Notes: a model not told the origin generated them from the letters alone. 64,000 nucleotides of DNA from Octopus sinensis (GCF_006345805.1 NC_043026.1:4402001-4466000), one strand, 5' to 3'. Positions 37,503 through 59,339 are shown, counted from the first letter of the stretch. Program-made: numbers and translations.

Positions 37503-37833
37503 CAGAATATCGGATGACATTGGAATAACAGAAGATCTATTCTCAGTATTTATCATCTTTTGAAACTGAAAGAAAATTCTATACAAATTCTATAACACTT
37601 TCTATATATATGCTGTGAATTTCTGTGAAATATTTGTTCTAATCTGATGTGATTAGCAAAAGTTTTGCACATCACTGTCTGCAGTGCCGAGAAGATGAGT
37701 TTGTGTGCTTGGATACGTTTACATAAATGTTATTAGAGCAGGGAAACAATGGAGAGAAAATCAGGAGTGGAAGAATTTGTGAGATTAAACGATAAGAAGA
37801 AAAACAAGAAAAGTATATTTACATTGTGATTTG
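37503..37833 (+). pseudogene. Orphan ZNF-C leader exon cut off about 12 nt before its ATG by the duplication junction
   Basis: Acceptor TTCAG|AATATCGGATGAC and leader match 51382-51709, then the sequence switches to RTE 3'UTR. Confidence 0.85.
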
Positions 37834-38444
37834 CCGGTGGTACGTAAGAGAACCACCTGAACGTGGCCGTTGCCAGCGCTGCCCCGACTGGCCCCTGTGC
37901 CGGTGGCACGTAAAAAGCACCATCCGATTGTGGTCGTTTGCCAGCCTTGCTTGGCCCCCATGCCGGTGGCACATAAAAAGCACCCTCTACGCTCACGGAG
38001 TAGTAGGCGTTAGGAAGGGCATCCAGCCGTAGAAACATTGCCAGATCAGACTGGGCCTGGTGCAGCCTTCTGGCTTCCCAGACCCCAGTTGAACCGTCCA
38101 ACCCATGCTAGCATGGAAAGCGGACGCTAAACGATGATGATGATGATGAAGTTATCAAGAAACTATATATAAGGAAAATACTAACATAATTATCAAAGGG
38201 CAGTACCTATTCTATTGTAGTAAACTCAAGTAAAAGTAGACAATTACTGTAGGGTATCTAAGAAAAATTTACTCACAGAAATTACTGCCTAGGGTGCCAC
38301 CTATGGTCCACAATGGAGCAAGTCTAAGTAGAGTAGTCTCTCCAATTGGTCAATTACAATTTGAACTGAGGTCACAAGTTAAAACCATTAGAAAGGATTT
38401 GTTTGTAAAATAAAATAAGAAAAACGTTAAGGCAGGAGAAGTTA

Positions 38445-39250
38445 ATGATTTACCACAGATATTACAGGAATATGTCTCTCTTGAATGAACATGTTTGTGA
38501 GAAGTTTAAGTACTACTTTGATAGAATGATGTACCACAGATATTACAGTGATATGGCTTCTATCCTGTATGGACACATTTGTGTGTAGTCAAGATATTAC
38601 TTCGAGAGAATGATTTACCACAAATGTGACAATTTAAGGCACTTTGCTGAGAGAATGATGTACCACAGATATCACAATGATATGGCTTCTCTCCTGTATG
38701 AATACGTGTATGTCTAGTCAATGTAGCACTTATGGAGAATGACTTGCCACAGAATTCACAGTGAAATGGCCTTTCCCCTGTATAAACACGTATGTGAGAA
38801 TTTAAAGCACTTCGGTCAGAGAATGATGTACCACAGACATCACAGTGATAAGGCTTCTCTCCTGTATGAAGACGTTTGTGTCTATGCAAGTCACATTTTT
38901 GAAAGAATGATTTACTACAGATGTCACAGTGAAATGGCTTCTTCCCCGTATGGAAACGCATGTGTGAATTAAAAGCACTTTGATGAGAGAATGACATAAA
39001 ACAGACATCACAATGATAAGGTTTCTCCCCTGTATGAATGTTTGTGTGTAGTCAAGCTAATGTTTTTAGAGAAAGATTTCTCACAAATCATCATCATTAT
39101 CACCGTTACAGTGAAATGGCTTCTCCCCTGTATGAACACTTTGTATGTAAGACTTTAAGGCACTTTGGTCAGAGAATGATGTGCTGCAGACATCACAGTG
39201 GTAAGACTTCTCTCTAGTATGAATACGTTTGTGTGTAATCAAGTTACTAC
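38445..39250 (-). pseudogene. Degenerate C2H2 array (duplicate of 17270-18075)
   Basis: ORF 38560-38997 holds about 5 fingers; frameshifts on both sides. Confidence 0.85.
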
Positions 39251-39606
39251 ACTGAGGGACTGAAGACGTAATCTGAAATAAATTTCTTAATTTCGTTAAT
39301 GTTTTTACTCAGTAGAGTTAAGTGGGTCGTCATAAACTGGTGTGATAAATAGTGGGTCACGACTCTGAAAGGTTTGGGGACCACTGTTCTAGTGTTAACC
39401 GTTTAGCATTTAAACCAGCCACAACTGGCCCAAATATGCTACCTCTTTTATTTTCAAACTAACCAGAGTTGGCCTCTTACACCTACCCTACAATGTTATT
39501 CTAAAAATACTCAATCACATCGTCATCACTTGAAAGCTGTGAGTTAATGCAGGACAAATTGAAAATAACGTGAATAAACATCACATTGGACAGAATGAAC
39601 TACATG

Positions 39607-40001
39607 GGCGCAGGAGTGGCTGTGTGGTAAGTAGCTTGCTCACCAACCACATGGTTCCGGGTTCAGTCCCACTGCGTGGAATCTTGGGCAAGTGTCTTCT
39701 ACTATAGCCACAGGCCAACCAATGCCTTGTGAGTGGATCTGGTAGATGGAAACTGAAAGAAGCCTGTCGTATATATGTATGTGTGTGTATATGTTTGTGT
39801 GTCTGTGTTTGTCCCCTAGCATTGCTTGACAACCGATGCTAGTGTGTTTACGTGCCCGTCACTTAGTGGTTCGGCAAAAGAGACTGATAGAATAAGTACT
39901 GGGCTTACGAAGAATAAGTCCCGGGGTCGATATGCTCGACTAAAGGCAGTGCTCCAGCATGGCCGCAGTCAAATGACTGAAACAAGTAAAAGAGTAAAGA
40001 G
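39607..40001 (+). mobile_element. Octopus-type tRNA-derived SINE (no MITE insertion)
   Basis: Paralog of 18428-19548 at the same position in the duplicated block. Confidence 0.9.
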
Positions 40002-40337
40002 TATAGTAAAGGGTTAAGTCGTCACTTACAGGGAATGTTTTAGCACAAATATCAGTGGGAACACTTCAGCCCTGCCATGATCTCGTTTGTGAGAAGGTAA
40101 TTTGCTATTTTGAGTGAATGACTTCTTGTATGGATATGTCTGTGATCAGATAAGCGAGAACTCATAGTGAATGATTTCCCCACAGATATCATTGTGATAT
40201 GGTTTCTTTTCTGTGTGAATACGTCTGTGAGTTTCTGATTTGTCATTTCGGGAGAATTATTTACCACAGACATCACAGGAATAGGGTGTCTCAATAAATT
40301 AGCTTACTATTAAAAGAGAAATATTTGTTACAGATGC

Positions 40338-40676
40338 CTAGACTGGCTTCCGTGCCGGTGGCACTTAAAAAGCATCATCCAAATAGTGGCCGATGCCAGC
40401 GCTGCCCTGACTGGCTTCCGTGCCAGTAGCACGTAAAATGCACCAATCTGATCGTGGCCGTTGCCAGCCTCCCCTGGCACCTGTGCCGGTGGCACGTAAA
40501 GAGCACCCACTACACTCACGGAGTGGTTGGCGTTAGGAAGGGCATCCAGCTGTAGAAACACTGCCAGATCAGACTGGAGCCTGGTGCAGCCTTCTGGCTT
40601 CCCAGATTCCCGGTCGAACCGTCCAACCCATGCTAGCATGGAGAACGGACGTTAAACGATGATGATGATGATGATG
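40338..40676 (+). mobile_element. RTE 3'UTR-type repeat copy
   Basis: One internal repeat unit longer than its paralog at 19881-20145; (GAT)n tail. Confidence 0.8.
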
Positions 40677-40844
40677 TCACAGTCACATGGCTTCTCACCT
40701 GTATGGACACCTTCATGAGTTAAAGCACTGATGAAAGAGAAGAGATGTTACAGGAATATGGTGTCTCTCTTGAATGAAAATGTTTGTGAGAAGTTAAGCA
40801 CTACTTTGAGAGAAGGATTTACTACAAATGATACAGTTTCTATC

Positions 40845-41960
40845 CTATATGAACATGTATACGAGTACACCACAGTGATAAGGCCTCTCGCCGGCATGAA
40901 TACGTTTGTGACATTTTAAAACACTTTGGTCTGAGAATGATGTACCACAGATATCACAGTGATAGGGCTTCTCTGCTGTATGAACACGTAAGTGCCTAGT
41001 GAAGCTACCTTTTTGAGAGAATGATTTACCACAAGTGTCACAGTGAAGTGGCTTCTCTCCTGTGTGAACACGTTGGTGTATAGTCAAGTTATTACTTTGA
41101 GAGAAATATTTACCACAGATGTCACAGTGAAATAGCTTCTCTCCTGTATGAACACGTATGTGAGACTCCAAGGCATTTTGCTGAGAGAATGATGTACTGC
41201 AGACATTACAGTGAAACGGCTTTTCTCCAGTATGAACACGTTTGTGTGAAGTCAAGCTACCTTTCTGAGGGAATGATATACCACAAATGTCACAGTCATA
41301 TGGCTTATCTCCTATATGAATACGTTGGTGTTTGGTCAAGCTGTCTTTTCCCCGGAATGATTTATCACAGATGTCACAGTGAAATGGCTTCTCTCCTGTA
41401 TGAAAACGCTTGTGAGAATCTAAAGAACTCCGCTGAGAGAATGATGTACCACAGACATCACAGTGAAATGGCTTCTCTCCTGTATGAATATGCTTGTGTA
41501 TAGATAAACTACCATTTTGAGAGATTGATTTAGAACAGATGTCACAGTGATATGGCTTCTCTCCAGTATGAATACGTTTGTGTTGAGTCAGTGAAACATT
41601 TATAGAGAATGATTTACCACAAGTGTCACAGTGAAATGGCTTCTCCCCTGTATGGACACGTATATGAGAATTTAAAGCATTGTGGTCAGAGAATGACCTA
41701 CTACAGACATTACAGTGAAATGGTTTCTCTCCTGTATGAATACGTTTGTGTCTAGTCAAGTTACAACTCTGAGAGAATGATTTATCACAAATGTCACAGT
41801 GATAGGGCTTCTCTCCTCTATGAATATGTTTGTGCGTATTCAAGCTGCTCTTTTGAGAGAAAGACTTTTTACATACATCACACTCATGTGACAATTTTTG
41901 TCTCCCTTTTCCTCTATTTTCTGGAAAAATCAGTTTCTTTTTTTTCTCACTCTTTTCCAT
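40845..41960 (-). CDS. C2H2 zinc-finger protein ZNF-A, copy 2 (371 aa, 12 intact fingers)
   Basis: All Cys/His ligands present; acceptor near 42320. Confidence 0.9.
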   Translation of the reverse strand: MEKSEKKKKLIFPENRGKGRQKLSHECDVCKKSFSQKSSLNTHKHIHRGEKPYHCDICDKSFSQSCNLTRHKRIHTGEKPFHCNVCSRSFSDHNALNSHIRVHTGEKPFHCDTCGKSFSINVSLTQHKRIHTGEKPYHCDICSKSISQNGSLSIHKHIHTGEKPFHCDVCGTSFSQRSSLDSHKRFHTGEKPFHCDICDKSFRGKDSLTKHQRIHIGDKPYDCDICGISFPQKGSLTSHKRVHTGEKPFHCNVCSTSFSQQNALESHIRVHTGEKLFHCDICGKYFSQSNNLTIHQRVHTGEKPLHCDTCGKSFSQKGSFTRHLRVHTAEKPYHCDICGTSFSDQSVLKCHKRIHAGERPYHCGVLVYMFI

Positions 41961-42499
41961 TATTTTACTTCAAAAATCACAGTATATAATCTTTTTACAC
42001 CTTTTTGATTCTATAGTCTTTTGTTTCCAAATATTTCGACTGCTCTATTTCTGTCCATTATCACCTTTGTCCCAAAGTTCTTTAGTAAATTTATCCAAGT
42101 TTAATTTGCACAAAGACTCATCTTGTAGACACTCCAGCCAGTGATGTCCAGAAGGTTTGCTAATAATACATTTCAGAGTAAATATATCAGAGGAATTCTG
42201 CCATAGATTTATAGAAACAATCTTATATATCTGTTCTGTACAATATTTCCATTTTGGTCTTTGAAAGATGATAAATAATGAGAATGTATCTTCAGTTATG
42301 CCAATGTCATCTGATATTCTGAAATAATAAAGAAACAGTGTAAGATAGAGAGGCTACTTAAAAAAATACAGATTCATCATTTCTATAGAGATAAACTCTA
42401 GAAATAAACATTTAACTGAACAACAGAACTTTCTAATTTATTAGAATTTACATCAGAAAATCTTCTGTGAAGCTAACATATTTTTAAACTCCAGCTACA

Positions 42500-42547
<48 letters not shown>

Positions 42548-42774
42548 CTTTTCCTTGTGTCAGTTGTTTTGGCTGTGGCCATACTGGAGCATAACCTTAG
42601 AGAGTTTTAGTTGATCAAATCAACCCTAGGACTTCATTTTTGAGCCTAGTACTTATATTGGCCTCTTTTGTGAAACCACTAAATTATGGGGACATAAACA
42701 CACCAACACTGGTTATCAAGTGTTGGTGGGGCGTCAAACAGTCACAAAGACACACACACATATATAACTCTAAC

Positions 42775-43155
42775 TCTCTCTTTTAATTGTTTCAGTCATT
42801 TGACTGCGGCCATGCTGGAGCACCGCCTTTAGTCGAGCAAATCAACCCCGGGACTTATTCTTTGTAAGCCCAGTACTTATTCTATCGGTCTCTTTTGCCG
42901 AACCACTAAGTGATGGGGACGTAAACACACCAGCATCAGTTGTCAAGCGATATTGGAGGGGCAAACACAGACACACACATAAATATATATATATATATGC
43001 GACAGGCTTCTTTCAGTTTCCGTCTACCAAATCCACTCACAAGGCATTGGTTGGCCCGGGACTATAGCAGAAGACACTTGCCCAAGATGCCACACATGAA
43101 CCCGGAACCATGTGGTTGGTTAGCAAGCTACTTACCACACAGCCACACCTGCGCC
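42775..43155 (-). mobile_element. Octopus-type tRNA-derived SINE
   Basis: Paralog of 22231-22624. Confidence 0.85.
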
Positions 43156-44073
43156 TATGTATATACACATAAATACTCATTAATATACATATATATATAT
43201 TGGGCTTCTTTCAGTTTCCATCTACCAAATCCAATCACAAGGATTTGGTCGGCTAATGTCTGTTGTATAAAATACTTGCCTAAGTAGGTTCGCAGTGGGA
43301 CTGAACCTGGAAACATATATATATATGCTTACACGTTAATATATATGTGTGTGTATATATATACATGTGTGTGTATGTGAAGGTATTGGGGTTAGTGGTG
43401 TGAGCAATCAGCCCCTAATAAGGTCATAAATCCAATTCCCAGCAGCGTGCTGTGTTCTTGAGCAAGACATGTTGCTCCGGGTTCACTCAGCTGACAAAAC
43501 TGAATTGTACCAGTAATTTGAAGGGCCAGCCTTATCAAATGGTCACATGCTTAATATGTGAGAGCTCCGTTATGGGTGAGCGTGTCTGTGGGGTGCTCAG
43601 CCACTTAAATGTTAATTTCAAGAGTAGGCTGTTGTGTTGATTGGAATTAGAAAAGCCTGACAGGGAAAGAGGTGTCATTATACCATTGTAGGAAGGTAAA
43701 GGGGACTACCACAACTGCAACAATAAAAAGGGCTGCTTCTCTCCTCTCAGTTGCCACTAAGTCATCTGCTTGCTTCTCAGCAGTCAGGTTTCCCACCAAA
43801 GAGGCCAATACTGAAAACGTAAGGTCTTTAAAGTCTGAAGGAGAAAATACAAAAAAAAAGAAAGAAAGAAAGAAAGAAATTACTCATTTTGCCCCTCTAC
43901 TTATTTTTGTTCCCTTTCTCTATATCAAGAGATAAACATTCGATGCAGAAAGTGGTGTAGATGTTCTTCGGTTTTTATTTGGCTGTCTTCATATTTATTA
44001 TGGTTGAATGAGATATTCCCACAAAGATATTATATTTAAATTGACCTAATATGTTGGGACTGACATGTTCCCT

Positions 44074-45561
44074 TCATTTAACCATCTTACAAACGATAAC
44101 TCTGAGCACCTTTTCGAACTCCACCTGTCTAACATCACATCGATAAGGCTTCTCTCCAGTATGAATACATTTGTGTCTAGTTAATGTAATGCTTACAGAG
44201 AATGATTTACCACAGATGTCACACTGGAATGGTTTCTCCCCTGTATGAATACGTTTGTGTCTAGTCAAGCTACCTTTTTGGAAGAATGATTTACCACAGA
44301 TGTCACAATGAAATGGCTTCTCCCCTGTATGAATACGTTGGTGTGTAGTCAAGTTATTACGTTGAGGGAATGATTTACCACAGATGTCACAGTGAAATGG
44401 CTTCTCCCCTGTATGAATACGTTGGTGTGTAGTCAAGTTATTACGTTGAGGGAATGATTTACCACAGATGTCACAGTGAAATGGCTTCTCCCCTGTATGA
44501 ATACGTTGGTGTGTAGTCAAGTTATTACGTTGAGGGAATGATTTACCACAGATGTCACAGTGAAATGGCTTCTCCCCTGTATGAATACGTTGGTGTGTAG
44601 TCAAGTTATTACGTTGAGGGAATGATTTACCACAGATGTCACAGTGAAATGGCTTCTCCCCTGTATGAATACGTTGGTGTGTAGTCAAGTTATTACGTTG
44701 AGGGAATGATTTACCACAGATGTCACAGTGAAATGGCTTCTCCCCTGTATGAATACGTTGGTGTGTAGTCAAGTTATTACGTTGGGGGAATAATTTACCA
44801 CAGATGTTACAGTGAAATGGCTTCTTCTCTATATGAATACGTTGGTGTGTAGCCAAGTTATTACGTTGAGGGAATGATTTACCACAGATGTCACAGTGAA
44901 ATGGTTTCTCCCATGCATGAATACGTTGGTGTGTAGTCAAGTTATTACGTTGAGGGAATGATTTACCACAGATGTCACAGTGAAATGGCTTCTCCCCTGT
45001 ATGAATACGTTTGTGTGTAGTCAAGTTACTTTTTTGAGGGAATGATTTACCACAGATGTCACAGTGAAATGGCTTCTTCCCTGTATGAATACGTTTGTGT
45101 CTAGTCAAGTTACTTTTTTGAGAGAATGATTTACCACAGATGTCACAGTGAAATGGCTTCTCCCCTGTATGAATACGTTGGTGTGTAGTCAAGTTATTAC
45201 GTTGAGGGAATGATTTACCACAGATGTCACAGCGAAATGGCTTCTCCCCTGTATGAATACGTTTGTGTGTTGTCAAGTTATTACTTTGAGGGAATGATTT
45301 ACCACAGATGTCACAGTGAAATGGCTTCTCCCCTGTATGAATACGTTGGTGTGTAGTCAAGTTATTACTTTGAGGGAATGATTTACCACAGATGTCACAG
45401 TGAAATGGTTTCTCCCCTGTATGAATACGCTTGTGCATACTTAAGTGACCTTTTCGAGAGAATGACCTTTTACAGACATCACACTCATGGGACAATTTTT
45501 GTCTCCCTTTTCCTCTATTTTCTGGAAAAATCAGTTTCTTTATTTTCTCACTCTTTTCCAT
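44074..45561 (-). CDS. ZNF-B copy 2 (495 aa, 16 fingers, mostly [10 protein letters not shown]); last ~19 aa come from antisense CR1 sequence after a deletion
   Basis: 24 + 16x28 + 23 aa = 495. The ORF runs across the 44132-44134 junction and ends [19 protein letters not shown]. Confidence 0.9.
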   Translation of the reverse strand: MEKSEKIKKLIFPENRGKGRQKLSHECDVCKRSFSRKGHLSMHKRIHTGEKPFHCDICGKSFPQSNNLTTHQRIHTGEKPFHCDICGKSFPQSNNLTTHKRIHTGEKPFRCDICGKSFPQRNNLTTHQRIHTGEKPFHCDICGKSFSQKSNLTRHKRIHTGKKPFHCDICGKSFPQKSNLTTHKRIHTGEKPFHCDICGKSFPQRNNLTTHQRIHAWEKPFHCDICGKSFPQRNNLATHQRIHIEKKPFHCNICGKLFPQRNNLTTHQRIHTGEKPFHCDICGKSFPQRNNLTTHQRIHTGEKPFHCDICGKSFPQRNNLTTHQRIHTGEKPFHCDICGKSFPQRNNLTTHQRIHTGEKPFHCDICGKSFPQRNNLTTHQRIHTGEKPFHCDICGKSFPQRNNLTTHQRIHTGEKPFHCDICGKSFFQKGSLTRHKRIHTGEKPFQCDICGKSFSVSITLTRHKCIHTGEKPYRCDVRQVEFEKVLRVIVCKMVK

Positions 45562-47314
45562 TATTTTTCTTCAAAAATCACAGTATATAATCTTTTTACA
45601 CCTTTTTGATTCTATAGTCTTTTGTTTCCAAATATTTCGACTGCTCTATTTCTGTCCATTATCACCTTTGTCCCAAAGCTCTTTAGTAAATTTATCCAAG
45701 TTTAATTTGCACAAAGACTCATCTTGTAGACACTCCAGCCAGTGATGTCCAGAAGGTTTGCTAATAACACATTTCAGAGTAAATATATCAGAGGAATTCC
45801 ACTGTAGATTTAGAGAAACAATCTTATATATCTGTTCTCTACAATATTTCCATTTTGGTCTTTAAAAGATGATAAATAATGAGAATGTATCTTCAGTTAT
45901 GCCGATGTCATCTGATATTCTGAAATAATAAAGAAACAACAGTGTAAGATAGAGAGGCTACTTAAAAAATACAGATTCAACATTACTAAAGAGATAAACA
46001 CAAGAAATAAACATTTAAATGAACAACAGAACTTTCTAATTTATTAAAATTTACATCAGAAAATCTTTTGTGAAGCTAACAGATTTCTAAACTCCAGCTA
46101 CACATTCACACACACACACATATATTGGGCTTCTTCCAGTTTCTTATTTCTTTACTACCCACAAGGGGCTAAACACAAAGGGGACAAACAAGGACAGTCA
46201 AACGGATTAAGTTGATTACATCGACTCCAGTGCGTAAATGGTACTTATTTAATCGACCCCGAAAGGATGAAAGGCAAAGTCAACCCTGGCGGAATTTGAA
46301 CTCAGAACGTAGCAGCAGACGAAATACCTATTTCTTTACTAGCCACAAGGGGTTAAACACAGAGAGGTCAGATAAATGGATTAAGTCGATTACATCGACC
46401 CCAGTGCGTAACTGGTACTTATTTAATCGACCCCAGTGCGTAATTGGTACTTATTTAATCGACCCCGAAAGGCAAAGTCGACCCTGGTGGAATTTTTCTC
46501 AATTGTTTTCTCAACATTTCTGGGGTTGGAGATTATTTTAAGAATATTCTCCATCTAAAACACACAACAAACAAACGATGGAGCGTGTAGAAGGTTGCCG
46601 CTATAGCTAGAAATAGCAGCCAAATAACCGTAAGATTGCCTAGATAAAGATAAATAGACAGAGATAGGATGAGAAAGATAGAGATAGAGGGAGAGATGGT
46701 AGGTCTACTGTTTAGTGCCCCACTGAATTTTTTCCTCATAATTTTCAGAAAAATACATATTATTAAGGAAATTTTGAAGAAATACATTTTAAAGTCGTTT
46801 TGAATGATAATATTCCTTTTACGGCCTTATTCCGCTGTATTTTGTTGAATAAAATATGTAAGAGAAAAAATGTGGAGCAAGATTTAGATGTTTCAGCTTC
46901 ATCCGAGCCTACAATTCCGAAAGTAGACACACACCGAAAAGAAACAAACAGATTTTGACAAATTTTCTAAAAGGAAAAACAAATTAAAAGAACATAAAAT
47001 ATGCTTAATTTTTTGTTGCTTCATCGAAATAAAAATTTCTTTACACAAACTTAATTGTCGCTCATTTTTCTCAATAATGTGCTCAAGGTTTTCTCAGTAG
47101 GATGTGCTTACTTTGAGATGGTAAATAAGTTGTAAAGGTTTATTATTCGTCAAAAAGAAAAAAACAATACATTCGTACAAACTTTTGTTGTCCAATAAAA
47201 CACCCTCCAAACAAAGCAAACTTTGTGGGGTGCCGGTTTAGTCCCTGACGGCCCGACCATGCAAAGGGTTGTACTGGACTACATGTTACCAGTAGCACTC
47301 GAAAGTCACCTGGT

Positions 47315-47346
<32 letters not shown>

Positions 47347-47606
47347 TGATTTGAAAACCCCACTAGAATGGGAGAAAGCTCTAATACATGATCTAAGTTA
47401 TATGATGTATAAAAACATGTAATATACAAATAAATATCTGTAAATATAAACCATCCGATTTTCTGAGTACCTCATTTCTTCTAATATAAAATACCTGTAC
47501 ATCATCTCCAAACCTTCCAATATATATATATATATATATATAAAGCATACCACTGGTATTTGAGTACTCTTTTTTCCACCTTGTTTCACATTTATGTGTT
47601 TACTCC

Positions 47607-47689
<83 letters not shown>

Positions 47690-48763
47690 ACAATAATTGT
47701 TTCTTGTCAGGAACAAAAAAAGGTTTAATAGGACTGCAATAGAAGTGCTCTATTGGAAGAGACAAAAATATCAAACTAGAATCATTGAACAAGCAAATAC
47801 AAAGTCAACCGCATGTCATTTCATAATTCGAACATTTAATTATAGAATAAACATATAACCCGCAAGATGGAACAAAATTCATATGTACAGCACGTAATAA
47901 TAATAATATGGTATGGTGCGAGAAAAATTCTTATCATTAAAACCTAGAATTAATATTCTAGCGATTCAAAGAGAATACATTTATAAAAGGACGTAGAAAG
48001 TAAAATATAATATAAGTAATATATAAAAATATATAGGTATATAAAAATATAGACATATAAAAATATATAAAACATATATAAATATATATACATATAGGAG
48101 CATATAAAAAATATAATATAAATGTATATATCGTGTAAATAAAGTAAAATAAGGTTCATCGTTTAGAAATCTTAATCAGGTAAAATAAGCCGTATATATA
48201 AGAAGGAAATCATGTTTACTTATCCCTATGGCCATTTCAGGGGTGTATTATGTGTAAAGCACTAGGGTGCATTCAGATAATACCTCCTTCGTCAGGGAAA
48301 AAAAAAATATATATATATATATAAACGCAAAGATAGCCATCACGCACCAGAGAAATTCTGGAAAAGAAGAAGAATAAAATAAAAGGCTTACCTTAATTAT
48401 TTGTTGCCTCTTTCCTCGGTCGACATTTGAAAATCTTTGCAAGTTTTGAGAAGATGTCGTCTGCTCTGAAAGTCACGTGACACTTAACACGCGCTTTCCC
48501 CCTCCCACTTCCACTTCTATTCTCACTCCCACTTCCACTCTCACTCATTCCTTTACACGGGGTATGATGTGGGTAGTATGCATATGCGTGTGTATTTCGT
48601 TTTCCGTTTTCTTGTTTTTTGTTTTTTGGCTTTTTCTGTTTCTACGTCTTATTGTGATGTCCTGTACTTCCGTATAATTATTTATATATGCATGTATATA
48701 TACATGTAGATGTAGGTACGTACATATATGTTTGTATGTATGCATATATTTTTATTTATCTCC

Positions 48764-48825
<62 letters not shown>

Positions 48826-50838
48826 CGTACATATTCATGTCTGTCTGTCTGTATATGTATATATATATATATATATATAAATAGTGGGACAGGCCGTTTT
48901 ATGGGTTACACTCGCTTTTCTCGCTCATAAAGGGCTTAGCCTCACGGCGTATCTTCAAGCCCCAGAATAACTTAAAGAGGTCTCAGGCCAGCTGTGCTTG
49001 GGGTCTGAAGATACACCGTAAGATACACCCTTATGAGCGAGAAACCCAGGGTAACCTTATAAACCAGCCTACCCCACAATAATATTAACTTAGAGCGCGG
49101 GTCTCCTTCGGGTTTATGTATTTCTATAAACGAACCTATACATACATACATACGTACATACGTACATACATATAGACATACATACACACACACACACATA
49201 TAAAACAGTACTGATGCATCATTATATATAGATACAATATATAATCTATATATCTCCATATCCAAATATCTGTATACCAATATACACGTATCTAGGGTTA
49301 TGGAAAAAAAGGAAAAATTAAGAAATGCGGGAATTGGGTGCGAAATTTAAGAATGCCAAATATTGGCAATTTTCCAGAATTTCCTTATCCCAAAACGGGG
49401 GTTTTTTGCAAAAAAATAAGGAAAAAAAAAAGGGAGAAAATTGGGGGTAGGGACGGGGGAAAGTCTTTCCTTCTTTTCTACTCTAGGCACAAGGCCCGAA
49501 ATTTTTTTTTGGTGGGGAGGGCAGTCGATTAGATCGACTACCGTACACAACTTGTATTTAATGTATCGACTCCGAAAGGATGAAAGGAAAAGTCGTCCTT
49601 GGCGGGATTTGAGCTCAAAACAGACAGACGAAATACCGCATGCGCACAATCATACTTCCGTTTCCGTCATCAGCTGAAAAGTGTTCTTGTCATCAATATT
49701 TTGTAATATTTACAATTACACATTTATAATAACATGGCTCAACCACCACACACACACTTACAACAACTTCATCCTTTATAAAGAAGAAGATTTCCCTAAG
49801 TATTAAACTCGGAAAATATTCAATGTTTTTAAATCTGTAGACGATCGTTTGTTTGTTTTTTTTTGTCTCTTCTGTGTTTTATGGAAGAGAGACATCTTTG
49901 ATTTGTGCGGGATTTAGCTGCTATTTCTAGCTGCGGATGAGAGACGTTCACGATTTGTTCGAGATTTGGCTGCTATTTCTAGCTATGGATGAGAGACGTT
50001 CACGATCTGTTCGAGATTTGGCTGCTATTTCTAGCTGCGGATGAGAGATGTTCACGATCTGTTCGAGATTTGCCGAAATGCTCGAAATTTCAGACGAAAT
50101 ATCTTACAAACTATAGAATTTTCTCAATAAAGCCAAGAGAAAATGATGTTTTATAAACACATTCTACCAGTATACGAAGTTTAAAAGTGTTTAGTTACCT
50201 AGAAATTATGTTACAAAGTGCCGTTCAAAAGGAAAAGATCCTTGGCTGCTATTTCTAGAATTATTTCTGCATTAGATTTCCGAATGGGAAATCGGTGTCA
50301 GATAGTTGATTCGGTCATTGCTGTTCGTGACTTGACACAAAGAAACTATATTCTTAGTGAGATTCGAGTCATAACAAATAGCATGACATCGATTATGGAA
50401 TTCCTTGCGTCTGTAGGACGAATACGAAATTCATCCGAGTGCTACAACGACTGGACGTTCCTGACACCGAGGAAATGAACGTCCGAAGGAATGATGTGAA
50501 AACGTCCGGCTTGCAGGCGCAATCACAGTTTAAGAGAAAATCCATTAGACAGTATTATACTGCTTAATTCACCACTTCAGAAATGTCTTTTATGAATCCC
50601 ATAAAATGCAGTGTATAGTCGGTACTACTAGCGAACAGGGGTCCCGGTGCGCACGCATCCATGCTAGCTACACGTGACTAGTCAATCCTACGACTACATA
50701 GCAAAGTAAATAAATAATTTTTTTTAAAACAAAGGAAATCAAACACAAAGTAAGGATCGACTAGTCACGACTAGCTAGCGCGAGTGCCTGCACCGGGACC
50801 ACTCTTCTTAAGTAGTACCTATCCATGATTTGTGCGAG

Positions 50839-51125
50839 ATTTGGCTGCTATTTCTAGAAATGTAAAGAGAGATGTCTTTGTTTTGTGCGAGATTTGGCTG
50901 CTATTTCTAGCAATGGAAGAGAGATGTCTTTGTTTTGTGCGAGATTTGGCTGCTATTTCTAGAAATGTAAAGAGAGATGTCTTTGTTTTGTCCGAGATTT
51001 GGCTGCTATTTCTAGCAATGTAAGAGAGATGTCTTTGTTTTGTGCGAGATTTGGCTGCTATTTCTAGCAATGTAAAGAGCGATGTCTTTGTTCTGTACGA
51101 GATTTGGCTGCTATTTCTAGCAATG
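50839..51125 (+). repeat. 52-53-bp minisatellite, 6 units (4 in the paralog)
   Basis: Cores at about 50839, 50892, 50944, 50997, 51049 and 51102. Confidence 0.95.
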
Positions 51126-51721
51126 GATGTTATTCCCTGCTCTTCTGCAGTTTAATCTAAATAATCTTACACAATGTGAAGGTGTAGCTGTGGTTTACAA
51201 ATATGTAAGCTACACACAGATTCTGGGATGTAAATTTTAATACATTAAAAAGTTCAGTTGTTCGGGTAAATGCTTATTTCTAAAGTTTATCTCTGTAGAA
51301 ATGTTGTCAATTTTCCACTGTTGAATCTGTATTTTGAAAGCAGCTTCTTTATCTTACACTGTTGTTTCTTTATTAGTTCAGAATATCGGATGACATTGGA
51401 ATAACAGAAGATCTATTCTCAGTATTTATCATCTTTTGAAACTGAAAGAAAATTCTATACAAATTCTATAACACTTTCTATATATATGCTGTGAATTTCT
51501 GTGAAATATTTGTTCTAATCTGATGTGATTAGCAAAAGTTTTGCACATCACTGTCTGCAGTGCCGAGAAGATGAGTTTGTGTGCTTGGATACGTTTACAT
51601 AAATGTTATTAGAGCAGGGAAACAATGGAGAGAAAATCAGGAGTGGAAGTATTTGTGAGATTAAACGATAAGAAGAAAAACAAGAAAAGTATATTTACAT
51701 TGTGATTTGAGAGAAATAATA

Positions 51722-58696
<6,975 letters not shown>

Positions 58697-59339
58697 TTTC
58701 TAATTGTTTCTTCGGTTCTTTTTCTTAATATTCCTGTTTTTCATGTAATGGAAATTACAATTCTGAAAATAAAGATTTTCCCAAAATTCCAGTTTTTTTA
58801 TTTTGTCTTTCATACCTTTTCACACAAGCCTCACTTCCATGCTCTTTTCATTTCCCATGATGTAGGGACCCCTATACTGAAACTTCTCCTTCAACCCTAC
58901 ACATTGTTCTTTGTTGAATACCACTTCCCCAATTTACTATATATATATTTATTTGTTTTTTATTAGCTTTTAAATGCTTCTCAAATATGTTAATGGTAGC
59001 ACAAGTCATGGCTTTTTCAAACACACGGATGCAGTAAAGTTGTCAAATATATACATAAACAATGACCTCCTGTACAAAATGGAAGAAACCACAAGAGAAG
59101 AATATTCCTCATAACAATAGTTTAGTGCCCCACAACAGACTGTCTACTCATAACCTACTTATCGTTGTTTAAATTAAATTTTGCAGAGATAAGTGTTTGA
59201 GGGTCTAGACTACAATTACCTTACTAAAATTGAGGAATGAAATTTTTGTTTGAGATTCTGACCGTTCTTGACGCCCCCCTCTTTTTGTGAGGCTCATAGC
59301 TCAGCTAATTAGGAAGAGAGAGAAACAGATGCAGTTTGG

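Larger units (their letters stand above)
37834..51709. repeat. Tandem segmental duplication, copy 2 (~13.9 kb, with internal 7.3-kb deletion)
   Basis: Starts mid-repeat at GCCGGTGGTACG (=16664) and is colinear with copy 1 apart from the indels listed in the findings. Confidence 0.9.
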
